Shown here: in pieces, positions 10,746 to 19,814 of the stretch
Numbering within the stretch: the stretch's first letter is position 1
Layout: the number at the start of each line of letters is the position of its first letter
Source: Nitrospirota bacterium
GTDB lineage: Bacteria > Nitrospirota > JACRHJ01
Direction of reading: 5' to 3'
Assembly (NCBI GenBank): GCA_963845245.1
Contig: CAWJRJ010000016.1
Span: 96,001-160,000 of the forward strand
DNA: 64,000 nucleotides
Position numbers and translations under genes: made by a program
Notes under the pieces: model-generated
What the model was told of the DNA's origin: nothing
Database searches by the model: none
What the model saw: the letters and a program-made list of their open reading frames with translations, nothing else

Positions 10746-11394
10746 CCGAAGGCCGCTTCCACAAAGTCCTGCTCGCGGTCCTCGCTTGTGTATTCCTCTG
10801 GTCGGCAATTAAACCGCACGACTACTTCACATGGTTCCTCGAAGTCGTCCCTGCCATCGTCGGGACGTCAATCCTTCTGGCCACCCGCAAAAAATTTCCG
10901 TTCACGCCGCTTGCATACTGCCTTATGGCCTTCTTCATGTGCATACTGATGGTGGGCGGGCATTACACATACGCCCTCGTACCCGCAGGGCGGTGGGTTA
11001 GCGACGCTACTGCATCTTCAAGCGCAACCACTTCGACAGGTTCGGCCATTTCTTCCAGGGCGTCATACCCGCAATCGTCGGACGCGAGCTGCTCCTTCGG
11101 AAGGGCGTTGTGAAAAAAAGGGGGTGGCTGTTCTTCATCTGTACCTGCATAGCCCTCGCGATCAGCGCGTGCTACGAGTTCGTCGAGTGGTGGACTTCGC
11201 TTGCCACCGGCACGGCAGGAGATGCGTTCCTCGGCACACAGGGCGACCCGTGGGACACCCAGTCGGACATGTTCATGGCCTTCATAGGCGCAATGATCTC
11301 CCAGCTTGTCCTCGGCAGATTGCACGACACCCAGCTTGAGGAGTTCATGGATACAGACGCCCCGCGCATCTATCCGTTCAAGGGCAGGGCGTGA
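10742..11394 (+). CDS. DUF2238/YjdF family membrane protein (frameshift near 11010)
   Basis: TW.LEV.P, GGHYTYA.VP, RNHFDR.GHF, YE.VEW, FLGTQGDPWDTQSDM. Confidence 0.85.
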
Positions 11395-11676
11395 TAGAGG
11401 TCAAGGAAAACTGCCGACGGCGTAACATTCGCCGTGCGGGTCCTGCCGCGTTCGTCGCGGAATGAAATCGTCGGCGAGGCGGAAGGCGTACTCAAGATAA
11501 AGCTTACCGCACCGCCTGTCGAAGGCGCCGCCAACCAGGCGCTCGTCGAATTCCTATCCAAAAAACTCAAGGTCTCAAAATCCAGGATAAGCATCATCAC
11601 GGGGCAGACCGGCCGGTCTAAGGTCGTGGCGATTGAAGGGATTACCAAGGCGGATTTGTTAAGTTTGGTCGCTTAG
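11391..11676 (+). CDS. DUF167/YggU family protein (frameshift near 11408)
   Basis: V.PRSSR, APPVEGAAN, G..GR.K. Confidence 0.85.
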
Positions 11677-11712
11677 GAAGACCGAGTAACTTTGTGAACG
11701 GCATAGGGACCT

Positions 11713-12216
11713 ATGGTTTACTTAAAAATAATATTTCTCGTGTTAATCGCCGCCTACGCCCTGTCCTGCGGCCTGCACCCGTATGAGTACCATTTCATTG
11801 ACGGGGTGAACCTCCTTTTTCACGAGGCGGGGCACCCCATCTTCGGGCTCTTCGGGAACGAATTCCTCATGGTGCTTGGCGGCACGCTCGGGCAGCTTGT
11901 AATGCCCCTTATCATCCTGGTCTATTTCTTTTTCACCGGACAGCGTTATTCCTCCGCCGTGGCAGGCCTCTGGTTCTCGGAGAACTTCTTCCCCATTTCC
12001 ACCTACGCAAAGGATGCGACAATGATGGAGCTGCCGCTCGTCGGGAACGGCGACCGCATACACGACTGGAACTACATGCTCTCCGAGCTAGGCATGCTGA
12101 ACCGTGACCAGCATATCGGGAATATGTTTCATAGCGCCGGGTTTGCCCTACTTGCGGTGTTTTTCCTGATGGGTGTATGGTACAGCCGGACGCCTGGCGA
12201 ACCGGTAAGAAATTAA
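11713..12216 (+). CDS. Hypothetical membrane protein (M50B-like, HEAGH and HDW motifs)
   Basis: Several hydrophobic segments; LLFHEAGH, IHDWNY. Confidence 0.65.
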   Translation: MVYLKIIFLVLIAAYALSCGLHPYEYHFIDGVNLLFHEAGHPIFGLFGNEFLMVLGGTLGQLVMPLIILVYFFFTGQRYSSAVAGLWFSENFFPISTYAKDATMMELPLVGNGDRIHDWNYMLSELGMLNRDQHIGNMFHSAGFALLAVFFLMGVWYSRTPGEPVRN

Positions 12217-12368
12217 ACAGGCCTGAACTGCGACTCGCTCAAGCAGATGTCAGTCAGCAATGCGGAAGCATGACAAAAATCATTAAAAACGCTGACAGTG
12301 CCGGTAAACAAGGCCAAAGAGATTTGGTATAATCTAGACATTACAAATCACCAAACGGAGGTAATGTC

Positions 12369-12506
12369 ATGGCGGAAGAGAAAAATGTATGTGTGAGCTG
12401 CGGTACCGGTAGCGGGGACAGGCTCCTGATATCCTGCGAGCAAAACGGCAAGCCGGTCTGGGTGTGCGCGAGGTGCCTGCCGATGTTCATACACGGGTCG
12501 CATTGA
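12369..12506 (+). CDS. Small Cys-rich (CxxC...CxxC) protein, 45 aa (not in ORF track)
   Basis: MAEEKNVCVSCGTGSGDRLLISCEQNGKPVWVCARCLPMFIHGSH; GGAGG RBS; TGGTATAAT extended -10 upstream. Confidence 0.75.
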   Translation: MAEEKNVCVSCGTGSGDRLLISCEQNGKPVWVCARCLPMFIHGSH

Positions 12507-12563
12507 CCCCTCACCCCCATCCCCTCTCCCGTAAGGCGAGGGGAGTAAGGGAAGGAGAAGATA

Positions 12564-12968
12564 ATGGATAAAGAAGTCGTATGGTTTATAAGGCTCAGCC
12601 TGACTTACTTCCTCGTCGGCTCGCTAATGGGCGTATGCTTCGTCATATGGCCGGAGATGGCGAACACCGACCACATCTCCATGCACGTACACTTAAACCT
12701 GCTCGGCTGGATGTCCATGATGATATTCGGGGTCGGCTACCACATCCTGCCGCGTTTTTCCGGCAAGCCTCTGTGGAGCCGCAAACTCTCCATCGTCCAG
12801 TTCTGGATGGCGAACATCGGCCTTGTCGGGATGATTGCCGGCTGGGGTATGAGGGCACATGAAAATACAGGCGGGCAGACGGTACTCGGCATCTTCGGTT
12901 CGGTAATGTTCGTCTCCATACTCTTGTTCTTCTTCAATATGATAAAGACGGTGAAGGGGCCGGAATAA
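12564..12968 (+). CDS. 4-TM protein resembling heme-copper oxidase subunit I fragments
   Basis: HVHLNLLGW.SMMIFGVGYHILPRFSG; four hydrophobic helices. Confidence 0.7.
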   Translation: MDKEVVWFIRLSLTYFLVGSLMGVCFVIWPEMANTDHISMHVHLNLLGWMSMMIFGVGYHILPRFSGKPLWSRKLSIVQFWMANIGLVGMIAGWGMRAHENTGGQTVLGIFGSVMFVSILLFFFNMIKTVKGPE

Positions 12969-13024
12969 CAGCCACCCCCACCCGGCGCTTTGCGCCACCC
13001 TCCCCCGCAGGTGGAGAGGGTAAC

Positions 13025-13060
13025 AAAAAAAAGGCCGCCCAAACGGGCGGCCTTTTCATT
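13025..13060. terminator. Bidirectional intrinsic terminator
   Basis: A-run, GGCCGCCC-aaac-GGGCGGCC, T-run between convergent genes. Confidence 0.8.
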
Positions 13061-13073
13061 TATAATGCATATA

Positions 13074-13326
13074 TTACCAGTTGACGACGCTGTCCGCGTC
13101 GAATATCATGTCGACTATCTTGGAATAATCGACCTGGTTGCCGCAGCCGACGCCACGCGCCTCGGCGTCTTCCTTGCAGCAGAAGCTGTTTGCGATCGAC
13201 GCTGCAGGAGAGCACCGCGTCCTGCAAAAGGACCACCTTTACATCGTCGCCCCCGGTCTTCTGGGTGGCGGCTATGCTTAAGGGGTAGGCGTCGCCTTTC
13301 TTCCTTATTATGTGAAGTACCTTCAT
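13074..13326 (-). CDS. DsrH/TusB-like protein (frameshift near 13207)
   Basis: MKVLHII, LLQDAV, then EDAEARG...DYSKIVDMIFDADSVVNW in a shifted frame. Confidence 0.78.
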
Positions 13327-13335
13327 GTCCCCCCC

Positions 13336-13683
13336 TTAATAGGTTATGACCGCCTTGGCGTCCTTGAGGATGGCGGCTATCTCGTCCCTAGACTTGAGCG
13401 TCGGCTCGTGGTTGAACTCGGTTATGCCGCGTTCGTCCGCCGACTGCTTGTCAACTATCAGGTCGAACTCAAGCTCCTTCAGCATCTCAAGGTGCTTGTT
13501 CCAGTCGAACCCTGAAATCACTGGCTTCCCCTTCGCGGAAAGGGCATAGATGCCGTCTTCCACGAATACCATCGTAAGCGGAGCGTCCCCCATGCTGAGG
13601 CCCACGCAGGAGCGGAGCGCCTCATGGACCCTGACGCTGTTGAAGGGGGAGCGCCGCAACATTATCGCTAAATTGTCACCCAT
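13336..13683 (-). CDS. DsrF/TusC-like protein
   Basis: RRSPF....EALR, FVEDGIY, SADERG. Confidence 0.8.
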   Translation of the reverse strand: MGDNLAIMLRRSPFNSVRVHEALRSCVGLSMGDAPLTMVFVEDGIYALSAKGKPVISGFDWNKHLEMLKELEFDLIVDKQSADERGITEFNHEPTLKSRDEIAAILKDAKAVITY

Positions 13684-13696
13684 TGTCGTATCCCCC

Positions 13697-14011
13697 TCAG
13701 CAGAATGTTATCAGCCGGTCTACTTCACCGATTATGCCCGAAAATATGTACTGGCTTGCGGATTTCACGGGGTTGCCCTCCTCGTGGATCTTGCGCTCCT
13801 CCGAGTTGTGGTGGCACTGTGAGATCTGGACACCCTTGGGTATAAGGTCCGTCAGGGTGTTGCAGTACGAGCCGTAGACTCCGTCGCACATCATGAAAAG
13901 CTGGACTTCCTTGCCAGAGGCAAGGGCGGCTTCGCAGAGCTTCACGACGGTGTGCATGTCTTCGTTTTCCGGGCTGGTGGTGAGGAGGATGCCTAGTTTG
14001 GTTCCTGCCAT
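13697..14011 (-). CDS. DsrE/TusD-like protein
   Basis: LTTSPE, LFMMCDGVY, Cys in QCHHNSEER, D R L I T F end. Confidence 0.8.
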   Translation of the reverse strand: MAGTKLGILLTTSPENEDMHTVVKLCEAALASGKEVQLFMMCDGVYGSYCNTLTDLIPKGVQISQCHHNSEERKIHEEGNPVKSASQYIFSGIIGEVDRLITFC

Positions 14012-14030
14012 TTTGTTGACCCCCTTGTGA

Positions 14031-14261
14031 TTAGCCCTTCTCTATGGTTATCTTCCAGACGGCGTCCCCGGCCTTGTCAACGGACACGACCTTGTGGCCG
14101 GCCTCTGTCGCCCACCTGGGTATCTCTTCGGATGAGAGCGGGTAGTCGAGGATCACACAGACCTGATCGCCGGAAGCCATCTTGGAGTTTACGAACTTTT
14201 TGGTCTTAACTGTTGCGTACGGACAAACTTCACCTTTTACGTCCAATTCAAAAGTAGCCAT
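14031..14261 (-). CDS. TusA/SirA sulfur carrier
   Basis: LDVKGEVCPY, DYP.S.EEIP.W....GH. Confidence 0.9.
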   Translation of the reverse strand: MATFELDVKGEVCPYATVKTKKFVNSKMASGDQVCVILDYPLSSEEIPRWATEAGHKVVSVDKAGDAVWKITIEKG

Positions 14262-14339
14262 TTTGTTTAACCTCCGTTTTGGAAAATACAGGGACGATTA
14301 ATCACCCTGCCGTTATTGTTTCAGTAGTGCCCTGAGGAG

Positions 14340-14751
14340 TCACCTCCTTTCCTTAGCCACTTCACGCGCGCGTTTGAGAAGCGCGCTCTCGATAATTTCC
14401 TTGAAATTTTCCAGGTCCACCGGTTTGTACATATAATAGAAAATGCCCAGTTCCATTATCCTGCTCCCGGTAGCGACCGTAGTAATCGTCCGATATGACT
14501 ATTACTGGAACCTGCGGCTTGGACTTTTTTAATATCTGGATAGTCTTTGCAATGGGCAGGCCCTTCAGGTTCGTATCTATTATAGCCAGTTCTACTTCGT
14601 TGTCAATGGCTTCCAGCAACAGGTCGGATGTTTCGGTGACCCCCAGGACATGCTTGTCAAAAGACGCGATGACAAAATCGACGAGGCTGGACTTCACTTC
14701 CGCCTCTGCGCTGCCAATCAAGATAGTCCCGCGATTGTTACCCTTGGGCAT
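14340..14751 (-). CDS. Atypical single-domain receiver protein (frameshift near 14480)
   Basis: LAIID..L.G, P.VPVIVIS, then G.F.Y.YKPVD in a shifted frame; lacks the N-terminal acidic pair. Confidence 0.7.
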
Positions 14752-14793
14752 ATGTAACCCTTTAATAAAAAATATTAAGCCAAAACATTGACT

Positions 14794-14809
14794 TGCAAAA
14801 GGGCTGCCA
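14794..14809 (-). promoter_or_regulatory. Sigma54 -24/-12 promoter
   Basis: Minus strand TGGCAGCCCTTTTGCA (GG-N10-GC) about 40 bp upstream of the operon start. Confidence 0.8.
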
Positions 14810-14844
14810 GAACGGCTCTCATATGCTTAATTGATGTTCAGTTG

Positions 14845-14857
14845 TAACTTGTTGATA
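14845..14857 (-). promoter_or_regulatory. IHF binding site
   Basis: TATCAACAAGTTA matches WATCAANNNNTTR, just upstream of the sigma54 promoter. Confidence 0.7.
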
Positions 14858-15044
14858 ACAATGCGATATAAAATGGGGCAGGAAAATAGTCGGGAGTCTG
14901 TTCCTGGTATCGTGGCGTTTTGAGGGACATTATTGCCACAACAAAAAGTGTATTACCCTGAGTTTAGCGGTAGTTTATCTCAAAAAAACAAAAGTTGAGG
15001 CAAAATTGCCTCAGCTATACCATAAGTGTCCCAGTCTTTGGGAG

Positions 15045-15248
15045 CTATGCGGCCTTTCCCGCAGCTTCCTTTAATGACTTCATAAATGCGTCCAGGTCCA
15101 CCTTGTCCTGCGCGGCCATGTCGCGGAGAGACCTCGCGCCCCCGCAGCATGAGTCTATATTGAAGCGGTTGAATACCCCTATGGTGTTAGGGTACTTCCT
15201 TATGACGTCGTTCAGGGTCATGTCCGGGGTGATGATTATCTCTGCCAT
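15045..15248 (-). CDS. DUF542/ScdA N-terminal-like small protein
   Basis: YP.T..VF.RF.IDSCCGG.RSL. Confidence 0.82.
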   Translation of the reverse strand: MAEIIITPDMTLNDVIRKYPNTIGVFNRFNIDSCCGGARSLRDMAAQDKVDLDAFMKSLKEAAGKAA

Positions 15249-15266
15249 GTCGGTCCTTCCTTCTTT

Positions 15267-15581
15267 CTATGCCGGAGACGGTATTATAAGCGCGAGGACG
15301 ACCATCCTCTCGCCTTCCGAGCGGAAGCCGTGCGTCTCGTTGGACCTTGATACCACAACGTCCCCGGCCTTCATCGAAAGCTGGCTCTCGCCCACTATCA
15401 CGGTCCCGCTTCCCTTGTACACCTGCATCATGACCTCCGATGGGCTGGTGTGCCGTGGCACCCCCTGGCCCTTATCAAGGCAGAACAGCACCGCCCTGAA
15501 TTTGGAGGAGTCATATAGCATCTTAGTCCTCGGGCGTTCTTCCGAGAACTCGATTTCCGATTCCAGGTCTATCGGCAGCAT
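15267..15581 (-). CDS. Cupin domain protein
   Basis: GQGVP.HT.P, G.G, GD......NETHG. Confidence 0.82.
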   Translation of the reverse strand: MLPIDLESEIEFSEERPRTKMLYDSSKFRAVLFCLDKGQGVPRHTSPSEVMMQVYKGSGTVIVGESQLSMKAGDVVVSRSNETHGFRSEGERMVVLALIIPSPA

Positions 15582-15591
15582 TACCCTCCTT

Positions 15592-16254
15592 CTACCAGTG
15601 CGTCTTGAAGCTTCCCTCTGATAGCACCTTGCCCGCAAACGATGCGGAGTGGCAGGTGTTGCAGACCTTCAGCATCAGTTCGCGGTTCTCTATTGTTATG
15701 TTCACGTTATGCGTGCGGTCCGGCATGTGGCAGGTCTCGCAGGTCGCGCTGTTTCCCGCCCCCAGCGTATCGTATACCACGCCCATCTTGGAGCGCCTGT
15801 AGCTCTGCACGTGCTGGGAGCTTAGGTGGCAGGTCATGCATATCTCCGGGTTCCTGGCCACTTTCAGCGAAAATGTATGCCTGACGTGGCATGAGGTGCA
15901 TTTCGTCACCCCGTTGTGTTTGCTGGCCATGAGCTCCTTAACCCTTATCGGGTGGCACTTTATGCATTTGTCGGGGCCGGGCAGCGCGGTAAAATCCGGC
16001 GAGTCGAACCCGGCGTCGTGGTTCCCGTGGCAGTCCGGGCATTTGATGCCCTTCGCGGCGTGGGCGCTTTCGAGCCAGGTCTTGGTTATCCATGGCGTGA
16101 TCTCTTTTTTGCTGTGGCATTGGTAGCATGCGAAGTTGGTGTCGATGCCCGCTGGTGCTTCATCGGCCGGGAATGCCGTGCCTGCAGCCCCGAACAGGAA
16201 CAAGAAGGAAACGGCCCAGAGTAAAGATACCCGCCTGATTGAAGAAAACGCCAT
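15592..16254 (-). CDS. Exported heptaheme cytochrome c, HAO-like heme scaffold
   Basis: Signal peptide; 7 CxxCH (CYQCH, CPDCH, CIKCH, CTSCH, CMTCH, CETCH, CNTCH). Confidence 0.88.
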   Translation of the reverse strand: MAFSSIRRVSLLWAVSFLFLFGAAGTAFPADEAPAGIDTNFACYQCHSKKEITPWITKTWLESAHAAKGIKCPDCHGNHDAGFDSPDFTALPGPDKCIKCHPIRVKELMASKHNGVTKCTSCHVRHTFSLKVARNPEICMTCHLSSQHVQSYRRSKMGVVYDTLGAGNSATCETCHMPDRTHNVNITIENRELMLKVCNTCHSASFAGKVLSEGSFKTHW

Positions 16255-16693
16255 GGAATAGCCTCCAAATGACTGTGTTGGGGTATTATTGCGCGGTTTA
16301 GGCTTTTAATAAATGTAGCATCTGGTGGGCATTGTGTAAAGGCTTTTGAAGTGTGTGGCCATAACGTTTTTCAATTCGGAGTGAGATTTGTCTTTTTGTG
16401 TCCAAAATATCACCTGCCCCACGTGGATCGCTGGTATTCCTTTTTGTTTATAATGACTTGGCCTTTTTTGCCCCATCCCGCCCATGTGTCTTGTACCGCA
16501 TAAGCCTCTGATTCTAAAAAGATATTTAACCCCTGCGGTCATGTTCATATTCCCGCGTTTTCCGGCCGTTTCCCGCAATATTCCCGCAAAAACACCGCGT
16601 TTCCCTGCACGTTTTCGTGCGATTTGCGCACACTGTTGCAAACATGAGCGCGGATGGGGTATATTTTAATTATCCCTTCACCCGAGGTCTACA

Positions 16694-17363
16694 ATGTGCG
16701 GACGCTTCACCCTCTCTGCGGACAAGAAGTCTCTTGAGAACGCCTTCCCCGGCGCGGCGATCCTATCCGACATCGCGCCCAGGTACAACATCGCCCCGTC
16801 CCAGCCTGTAGCAGTCATCCGCGATTTCCACACGAAGGCCGTCGAGTTCTTCCGGTGGGGGCTGGTGCCACACTGGGCGAAGGATGAGCAGGTCGGCCAC
16901 AAGATGATAAACGCGCGCGCCGAGACGATTGCCGAGAAGCCGTCGTTTCGGGAGCCGTTCAAAAGGAGAAGGTGCCTCATACTGGCAGACGGTTTTTATG
17001 AATGGCACAAGGACCCGGCAGGCAGGCACACGTTCCCCATGTATATCAGGCTCAAGAGCGGCAGACCTTTCGCCTTTGCGGGGCTATGGGATAGCTGGCG
17101 CACAGGCGATGAGGAGGTTCGCACATGCACCATCATCACGACCACTTCCAATGAGCTGGTCGCGGCCATCCATGACAGGATGCCGGTCATCCTTGCGCCG
17201 GAGAATCTATTGGGAATGGATCAGTGCCGATGTGAAGGACCTGAAAAGTCATGAGGGGCTGCTGGTGCCGTACCCCTCGGATGAGATGGAAGCCTTTCGC
17301 GTGTCGGCGCGGGTGAATGACCCGAAGGTTGAGGGGCCGGAGTGCGTGGATAGGGAGAGATGA
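16694..17363 (+). CDS. SOS response-associated peptidase SRAP/HMCES (frameshift near 17208)
   Basis: MCGRF, YNIAPSQ, WGLVP.W, INAR.ET, GFYEW, HDRMPVIL. Confidence 0.92.
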
Positions 17364-17539
17364 AGTGCAATCGTTAGCTTGTTGGTAGTGGGTCAGGTTG
17401 GATTTAATATGTTTTCGTAGAAGTGCTTAAGCGAAATGCTTCGCTTGACGAACATGGTACAATGAGTTATTTAACGTCCGATAATGGGGTTAATCACTAA
17501 CCTCTCCTTCCTTGAACTCAAGTCGTAGAACACATCAAC

Positions 17540-17605
17540 TCGGGCGGTGGCTCTGATGTTCATTCCCTTACCAAGCATCCTATTACCTGCGTCCTTTTCT
17601 TTGTG
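17540..17605 (-). pseudogene. Possible N-terminal remnant of an IS1-like transposase
   Basis: Two frames join to KKRTQVIGCLV-GMNIRATAR, resembling the HTH start of IS1-like DDE transposases; recognised from memory only. Confidence 0.45.
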
Positions 17606-17653
17606 CGTTGTCGTTACAAAATTTCATAATTTAGAAATTTTCACATTTAGCTA

Positions 17654-17682
17654 TTGACAGAACGCTTAGAATTAAATATAAT
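17654..17682 (+). promoter_or_regulatory. Consensus sigma70 promoter of higB
   Basis: TTGACA-N17-TATAAT, ending 6 nt before the ATG. Confidence 0.8.
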
Positions 17683-17688
17683 CAGGTC

Positions 17689-17985
17689 ATGGAGGCAACT
17701 TTCAAAGACAAGCTGTTTGACAAGTTGGAGACTGACGCTGCATTCGATGGCGGCTATCAGCAATCCATTGTTAAGGCGTATCGGAAAAGGATGCAGCAAA
17801 TTAGGGCTTTTGCTGATGAAAGAGATTTTTACAACATTAGGTCACTAAATTTTGAAAAACTTAAAGGTGCGCGGTCGCACCAATACTCGATTAGGCTGAA
17901 TGACCAATGGCGGCTGATTTTAGAATTTGGGGGCAGTGGCCCCACAAAGACCGCTATTATAGTCGGCATCGAAGATTATCATTAA
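17689..17985 (+). CDS. higB: HigB/RelE-family toxin
   Basis: FEKLKG.R..QYSIRLNDQWRLI...EDYH. Confidence 0.9.
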   Translation: MEATFKDKLFDKLETDAAFDGGYQQSIVKAYRKRMQQIRAFADERDFYNIRSLNFEKLKGARSHQYSIRLNDQWRLILEFGGSGPTKTAIIVGIEDYH

Positions 17986-17997
17986 AGGAGAAAGAAA

Positions 17998-19125
17998 ATG
18001 ACTAACAGAAGGGCTGCCGAAGTTTTCCCGCCCGGAGAATTTATCCGGGAGGAGTTAGAGGCGCGCAACTGGAGTCAGCTTGAGTTGGCCGAAATCATTG
18101 GACGCTTGCCGAAAGTTGTCAATGATTTAATTCAGGGGAAAAGGCCAATCTCGCCTGAATTAGCCAAGGCACTCAGTGATGCTTTTGGAACAAGTGCGCA
18201 ATATTGGATGAATTTAGAGAGTTCTTATCAGTTGTGGCATACAGAAGATGCTGACCAGCTTATTTCGCGGCGCGCAAAACTATACGAAAAAGCTCCCGTA
18301 AAAGAAATGTTTAAGCGGGGCTGGATAGAAAAATCTGAAAATATAGAAGTGCTAGAACAAAGAATTGCTAAGCACTTTGAACTGAAAAATATTAACGATG
18401 CGATATACCATCCACTTGCAGCAAGAAAAAAAGGGGACGAGGATGATATAACGCCTGCTCAGTGGGCTTGGTTTTTCAGAGTAAAGCATCTTGCATCTGC
18501 TGCACCTGCAAATAGTTATTCTACGCAGGGATTTAAAAAGTGTTTAGAGCAATTACGCGAATTATTATCTGATATCCATGCAATTAGGCATATCCCTAGA
18601 ATATTAGCAGAAGCTGGTATAAGATTTTTAATCGTAGAACACTTACCACATACTAAAATTGATGGGGTTACATTGTGGCTTGATAAAAAATCTCCAGTTA
18701 TTGCACTATCTATGCGCTACGATCGAATAGATTACTTCTGGTTCACTCTTTTACATGAATTGGGGCATGTATATAATGGAGATGGATTACCCGGCGATAT
18801 AATATTAGATGTTAATCTTATTGAACGGGAGCGAGGGCAGGTTATAAAAGAAATTGAAAAACTGGCCGATGATTTTGCAGAAAATTTCCTGATTAATCAA
18901 GATGCTCTTAACAATTTCATTGTTAGAGTTAAGCCTATTTACACTAAAGATAAAATTGTTGGATTCGCGCTACTCAACAAAGTACACCCTGGGATAGTTA
19001 TTGGCCAATTACATTTTAAGGGTGAAATAAATTATGATACTTATCGAAAATTGCTAGAAAAAGTTAAACATATTTTAATACCATCAGCACTAACGGATGG
19101 GTGGGGTCAAGCCATTCCAGTTTAG
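17998..19125 (+). CDS. HigA-type HTH fused to ImmA/IrrE (M78) metallopeptidase domain
   Basis: PPGE.I.EEL, W.NL...Y; RYDRID.FWFTLLHELGH, E..AD.FA, HPGIV.G. Confidence 0.88.
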   Translation: MTNRRAAEVFPPGEFIREELEARNWSQLELAEIIGRLPKVVNDLIQGKRPISPELAKALSDAFGTSAQYWMNLESSYQLWHTEDADQLISRRAKLYEKAPVKEMFKRGWIEKSENIEVLEQRIAKHFELKNINDAIYHPLAARKKGDEDDITPAQWAWFFRVKHLASAAPANSYSTQGFKKCLEQLRELLSDIHAIRHIPRILAEAGIRFLIVEHLPHTKIDGVTLWLDKKSPVIALSMRYDRIDYFWFTLLHELGHVYNGDGLPGDIILDVNLIERERGQVIKEIEKLADDFAENFLINQDALNNFIVRVKPIYTKDKIVGFALLNKVHPGIVIGQLHFKGEINYDTYRKLLEKVKHILIPSALTDGWGQAIPV

Positions 19126-19135
19126 GGAGGTAAAC

Positions 19136-19609
19136 GTGATTACGAAGAACAAAGCACTACAGAATCTTGTGATTGCCTATATGGAAGATAGGCAGCCTTG
19201 GCCTGCAACTGCTAGAGAGATTGCTGCATGGGCAATCAGGGAAAGACGCTGGAGACCCGAACCATCTTCGATGATTGAACAGTGCTCCAATCAGCTTTCA
19301 CAGGCTATGCGTGATGAACACATTGTTGACCCACAGGGCCGTGTAGTTCGCGCTAAGCATGTTGCCAAGATTGAGCGCAACGGAGAGTTGCGACTAGAAT
19401 GGGCAGACATCCGAACGGCTCCCCGGGAGCACATGCATATTGCTTTTCAGAGTCGTAGGCAACAGATTGTAGGGGATTGCAGACAGTTAAAGACTGACGC
19501 GGATAGTTACAATGATAATAAATGTCCAGATAACCCAATCCAGCTTATTTTTGATTTCACACAGGACTTAGCAGAAATCGCAGCGGCTACTTACCCCAAC
19601 GCTTCATAG
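19136..19609 (+). CDS. Hypothetical protein co-oriented with HigBA
   Basis: GGGAGG RBS, GTG start, 157 aa (DPQGR.VRAKH, RRQQIVGDC.QL..D.DSYN). Confidence 0.75.
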   Translation: MITKNKALQNLVIAYMEDRQPWPATAREIAAWAIRERRWRPEPSSMIEQCSNQLSQAMRDEHIVDPQGRVVRAKHVAKIERNGELRLEWADIRTAPREHMHIAFQSRRQQIVGDCRQLKTDADSYNDNKCPDNPIQLIFDFTQDLAEIAAATYPNAS

Positions 19610-19814
19610 CAGCTTTACGAGCTATTTCTTTTCGTGCTTCGGGTGTGAGTTTTTCCGCTCTTGCTCTGCCACCCTTAAGATCTCCAAGCCGTCCAAGCTC
19701 TACGGCGGCTTGATTCTTTTCTACGGTCTTAGGAGCGGCCTTGCTTTCTCCAATGGCATCAACCACAATGGACGTGGCAAGTTTATTCAGGTCTTTTGGT
19801 AATTTCTCCTTCAT
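19587..19814 (-). CDS. Small basic protein of the GG.ARA...R.EIA.KAA..RW type, often near IS elements
   Basis: PKDLNKLA, KNQAAVELGRLG.LKGGRARA.KLTPE.RKEIARKAA..RW. Confidence 0.75.
   Translation of the reverse strand: MKEKLPKDLNKLATSIVVDAIGESKAAPKTVEKNQAAVELGRLGDLKGGRARAEKLTPEARKEIARKAAMKRWGK

Noticed and set aside
13690..13705. Selenocysteine read-through at the TGA after the terminal Cys of the DsrE-like gene
   Set aside because: The TGA is at the normal family C-terminus and is followed directly by the next gene's RBS; no SECIS-like hairpin is evident.
16550..16610. Repeated TTCCCGC words upstream of the heptaheme operon
   Set aside because: Short and irregularly spaced; not enough support for a binding site or RNA.
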